Assembly: GCA_963827235.1 (NCBI GenBank)
Contig: CAWHAE010000009.1
Span: 64,001 to 128,000, forward strand
Length of the DNA: 64,000 nt
Origin: an uncultured bacterium
GTDB lineage: Bacteria; Chloroflexota; UBA5177; JANWHV01
Direction of reading: 5' to 3'
Numbering within the stretch: position 1 is the first letter of the stretch; the number at the start of each line of letters is the position of its first letter. Of the stretch, positions 58,582 through 64,000 are shown piece after piece. A program made the position numbers and the translations under genes. Under the pieces are notes generated by a model. It was not told the DNA's origin. It searched no databases and saw only the letters and a list, made by a program, of their open reading frames with translations.

Positions 58582-58699
58582 GAGGGAATGGTTGATGCCT
58601 GCTTCCAGCGCCGCGTGTATCGGCGGCGGCCGCCGCACGGCCTCGCAGTCCCTCCCGCACCGCTCGCCGCCCCGGCGTGCGGGCAAACGGCGATACCTT

Positions 58700-58965
58700 G
58701 CCGCGAACAGGCGCTGGTGGCCGTCACGCACCAGCTGCTCGAGGTGATCTACCACATCCTCACGACGGGGGACCGCCATCACGAGCTCGGGGCCGACCAC
58801 GACCAGACCGCGGACCCGCGACGCACGGTTCGGCCCCTCGCCAAGCGGCTCGAACGCCTGGGCTTTACCGTCACCCTCGCACCGGCCGCGAAGGCGGGCT
58901 AAGCAGGCGGTGCAGGGTCATGGGAACCCTCCCACGAGCGCTTCCAGGGCATTTCCGAGAGAACC
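58700..58965 (+). mobile_element. IS110-family transposase C-terminal remnant with probable element end
   Basis: ALVAVTHQLLEVIYHIL..ELGAD..R..KRLERLGFTVTL*, followed by ATTTCCGAGAGA. Confidence 0.75.
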
Positions 58966-59004
58966 CCCGAGGGCATCTCCCGTCGACAACCGGCCCCGTC
59001 ACCT

Positions 59005-59216
59005 GGGACCGCAGTCCCCCTCGTGCTGCCATGACTCCGCAGAGTCAGGCCTGCGCCCGCCGCAACCGGCGGCCGCCACGCCCCCACGTGCGTGCTTGGG
59101 GTTCGCGTCGATTCGTGCTATATGCTTCCCAGAAGTAGTTGAAGTGCGAACCTGCCTGCCGCTTGCCCGCGACCGCAGTCGCCCCGTGCGCTGCCATGCG
59201 ACCACAGTCGCAGGTC
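59005..59216 (+). repeat. Two double-hairpin elements of the CNCA-loop family
   Basis: GGGAC-CGCA-GTCCC + TGACTC-CGCA-GAGTCA (59005-59050); GCGAC-CGCA-GTCGC + TGCGAC-CACA-GTCGCA (59169-59212). Confidence 0.75.
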
Positions 59217-59272
59217 CGTGCCGCAGCTTCTGGTTGGAAGCATCTAGATCCAGATCGGGAGCATGAGCAGGC

Positions 59273-60322
59273 GTGTCATCTGCAGAGGAGCATCCGGTGA
59301 TAGCATCCGGTCCGGTCCAGGACCGAGCGCGCGGCTGCCTGATGGGGCAGCTCGTAGGCGACGCGCTCGGCAGCATCGTGGAATTCCAATCTGCCGCCGC
59401 CATCCGCGCCGCCTACCCCAACGGCCTGCGCGAGATCATCCCCAGCCCCGTCCACCACACGCTGGCCGGGCAGCCAACCGACGACTCAGAGCTGGCGCTC
59501 GCCCTGGCCCGCTCGCTCGTCGAGCGCCGCGGATACGACCGGGAAGACGTGGCCGGCGCCTACGCCGATTGGTATGAAAGCGATCCCTTCGACGTCGGCG
59601 CCACGATCGGGCAGGCTCTCCGCGCCGCCGCGGCTGCCCGTGCCGCCGGTACCTCTGTTGCCGATGCCGCCTGCGCCGCCGCCAGCCGGCAGAGCCAGGG
59701 CAACGGCGCCCTCATGCGCCAGAGTCCCCTGGCCATCTGGGGTTGGCGGAGGGACCCCCAGGATCTCGACCGATTCGTGCGCGCGGATACCATGCTCACT
59801 CACCCGCACCCCGTCTGCCAGGCCGGCTCCGCCGTCTACGTCGGCGTCCTCTCCCTCATCGTGCGTGAGGGCACCGGCGGCCGCGAGGCGTACCGGCGCG
59901 CGCGGGACTGGCACCAGCACTACTCCGGGCGCTCGGTCGAGGTACCGGCGGCGATCGATGAGGCCGAGACCGTCCTGCCGGTCTTCAGCCGCAATCAGGG
60001 CCACGTGCTGATCGCCCTGCAAAACGCCTTCTACCAGGCCCTGCACGCACCCAGCTTCGAGGAAGGCCTGGTGCAGACCGTGATGGCCGGCGGCGACACG
60101 GACACCAATGCCGCCATCGCAGGTGCCATGCTCGGCGCGCTGTATGGCGTGGAGGCCATCCCGCGGCAGTGGCGCGACGCCGTCCTGAGCTGCCGCCCGC
60201 GGCTCGGCAGCCCGGGTGTCCTGCAGCCTCGGCCGTCACGGTATTGGCCGGTGGATGCGCTCGATCTTGCCGATAGCCTCCTGGAAGCAGGTATCGAGCA
60301 GGCCGGACAGGCCGGCACCTGA
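59273..60322 (+). CDS. ADP-ribosylglycohydrolase (DraG/ARH family)
   Basis: GQLVGDALG..EF, PTDDSE, GNGALMR, GGDTDTNAAIAGA. Confidence 0.92.
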   Translation: MSSAEEHPVIASGPVQDRARGCLMGQLVGDALGSIVEFQSAAAIRAAYPNGLREIIPSPVHHTLAGQPTDDSELALALARSLVERRGYDREDVAGAYADWYESDPFDVGATIGQALRAAAAARAAGTSVADAACAAASRQSQGNGALMRQSPLAIWGWRRDPQDLDRFVRADTMLTHPHPVCQAGSAVYVGVLSLIVREGTGGREAYRRARDWHQHYSGRSVEVPAAIDEAETVLPVFSRNQGHVLIALQNAFYQALHAPSFEEGLVQTVMAGGDTDTNAAIAGAMLGALYGVEAIPRQWRDAVLSCRPRLGSPGVLQPRPSRYWPVDALDLADSLLEAGIEQAGQAGT

Positions 60323-60478
60323 CCACACGCCCGGTAACCATCCCATCGCCCGCGCCACAACTGTGACGCGTGCTCGCCTCGCCATCGACCACGGGCGGTG
60401 GTACCGGCAATGATCCGCACATCCCTTGCCTGCACCGGCACGGTGAGAGCTGCCGTCCCGGCCGGTACGCAGGGGCGG

Positions 60479-60680
60479 GCGGATTGAAATCCGCATCTTG
60501 GCCGGCCATGAGGCTCCCCGGGCTGAAGCCACGGGGAATCGTATCGGAAATCACGCCCACTCGCAGAGCCCGCGACCGCAGCCTGCGCACCACATCCGGC
60601 CGCAGCCAGCCCGCGCCCTGCCATCCGACCGCAGTCGGAGGCTCCCGTCCCCCGTCCATCCGACCGCAGTCGGAGGCCCC
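60479..60680 (+). repeat. Hairpin cluster: REP-like, IS200/IS605-end-like and CNCA-loop hairpins
   Basis: GCGGATT-GA-AATCCGC 60479-60494; TCCCCGGGCT-GA-AGCCACGGGGA 60515-60537; TCCGAC-CGCA-GTCGGA at 60624-60639 and 60659-60674. Confidence 0.65.
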
Positions 60681-60728
60681 CGCGGCCGGCCAGTTTGCCT
60701 GAATCCAAATCGGGGCTATATTGCGTAT

Positions 60729-61160
60729 ATGGAAGTGATGCATATACACATTAGCTGCCGGCCCAAACCGCTCGTCTACCACTTCGCGTGGGCGCCGATG
60801 CGGTTGAAGCCGGTACTCGTGGGATGTATCGCCGATCGACTGGCGCATCTGCTCACCGAGAAGGCAGAGGTGCTGAACGTGGGACTGCGCAGCCTGCGCA
60901 TTCAGCCCGCTTTCGTCTATCTCATGGTCGAGGCGCCGCCGACCGTTTCCCCTCACAGCATCATCTGCGGCCTGAAAGCACATTCGTCGAGCGTGCTGCG
61001 CAGGGAATTCAAGGAGCTGACTACCATTCCCACCCTCTGGACTCGTGAATATCTCGTCGCGGCGGGCGAAGATGTTTCCGCGGATGACCTGCTCGTCGCG
61101 TTCAACTCGCAGCTCGGCCCCCGGCGATCGCCGGGCCGCCCCCGCTGCACCCGATCCTGA
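60729..61160 (+). CDS. IS200/IS605 TnpA (Y1) homolog lacking the HUH motif and catalytic Tyr
   Basis: YHFAWAP..KPVL, PPTVSP..I..LK..SS..LRREF, LWTREYLV; QPAFVYL replaces xPDHVHL; VAFNSQ replaces YIxxQ. Confidence 0.75.
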   Translation: MEVMHIHISCRPKPLVYHFAWAPMRLKPVLVGCIADRLAHLLTEKAEVLNVGLRSLRIQPAFVYLMVEAPPTVSPHSIICGLKAHSSSVLRREFKELTTIPTLWTREYLVAAGEDVSADDLLVAFNSQLGPRRSPGRPRCTRS

Positions 61161-61269
61161 AGCTGCGGCAACACGGCGGCTCCGCACCTGTCTGCCGCCG
61201 CTACGCCGGGGTTTCACCGCTCCCGGGCACCGAGCCCGAGAGCTTCAACCGAGAGGAATCTAGACCATC

Positions 61270-63525
<2,256 letters not shown>

Positions 63526-63552
63526 ACCGCGCCGGCGATCCACGCACTGCAC

Positions 63553-63593
63553 GAAGCGGCCGGACCCGAGATTCGGGTCCGGCCGCTTCTTTT
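63553..63593 (+). terminator. Intrinsic terminator after the clp gene
   Basis: GAAGCGGCCGGACCCGA-GAT-TCGGGTCCGGCCGCTTC followed by TTTT. Confidence 0.9.
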
Positions 63594-64000
63594 CGTCTCC
63601 GGCTCAGCTATCTACGAGAATGGCCGCCCACGGCCGATCTTGAACACACAGGCGTGGTCACACGGCTTCCGCGCGGGCCGATCGATGATCAAGCCTTCCG
63701 GCCTGAGTCGCCAGCTCAGTGTGCCGTGCCACCCCCGTACATCGTCACGGTGCCTGCGGGCAGCACTGAGTGACGGTGTTCTCAGTGACCGTAGCCGAGA
63801 AGGTCACCGCCGGACGGTCCTGGGAAGGGCCGGCGCTCGACATGGCGAGCCGGCGCGCGGCCCGAGTGGCAGACCGGGCCCGGCACCCAGACCTATCCGT
63901 AGGCAGCGGGCGGCAGTGGCAGCTCAGGCCCTGGCCAGCGCGGGCGGCCCAGCTGCCGGCGCAGTGCGGCGACCCGCTCCGGCGTCCGGATCGGGATGAC

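Noticed and set aside
63600-64000. ORF running off the right edge
   Set aside because: No motif or clear RBS; insufficient evidence

Overview
High-GC bacterial window; the gene repertoire (divergent solo GroEL, URO-D-like pairs, GT39 glycosyltransferase) suggests a Chloroflexota-like lineage, which is an inference. 1-25 kb: sugar/sugar-acid catabolism (2-hydroxyacid dehydrogenases, Ldh_2, LarA-like, M24 peptidase, FadR, two URO-D-like proteins, DapA-like aldolase, FAH), paired LacI regulators, and a carbohydrate ABC operon continuing into a MacB/FtsX-type ABC module and a GH-A glycoside hydrolase. 25-40 kb: accessory genes, including adenosine deaminase followed by a tandem guanine + PRPP (ykkC 2b-like) riboswitch in front of a THI5/SsuA-type ABC importer. 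40.7-59 kb: a defence-island-like region. Its best candidate for an undescribed system is a four-gene operon: a hidden MazF/PemK-like ORF with no canonical start, a divergent sigma70-like protein, a zf-HC2 anti-sigma/MazF-like/XRE-HTH protein, and an ImmA/IrrE peptidase-UvrD helicase-degenerate Fe-S PD-(D/E)XK fusion. It is followed by a 5'-truncated DNA methyltransferase, a HicA-HicB-SecB toxin-antitoxin-chaperone module, a frameshifted BrxL-like Lon protease and gene debris. A dispersed hairpin family with covarying stems and a conserved CNCA loop occurs in one orientation from 12.5 to 60.7 kb, ending beside an IS200-type TnpA that lacks its catalytic residues, upstream of a ClpE-like ATPase. 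Several single-base frameshifts in homopolymer runs may be sequencing artefacts. All family calls come from motif recognition by eye; no database searches were run.
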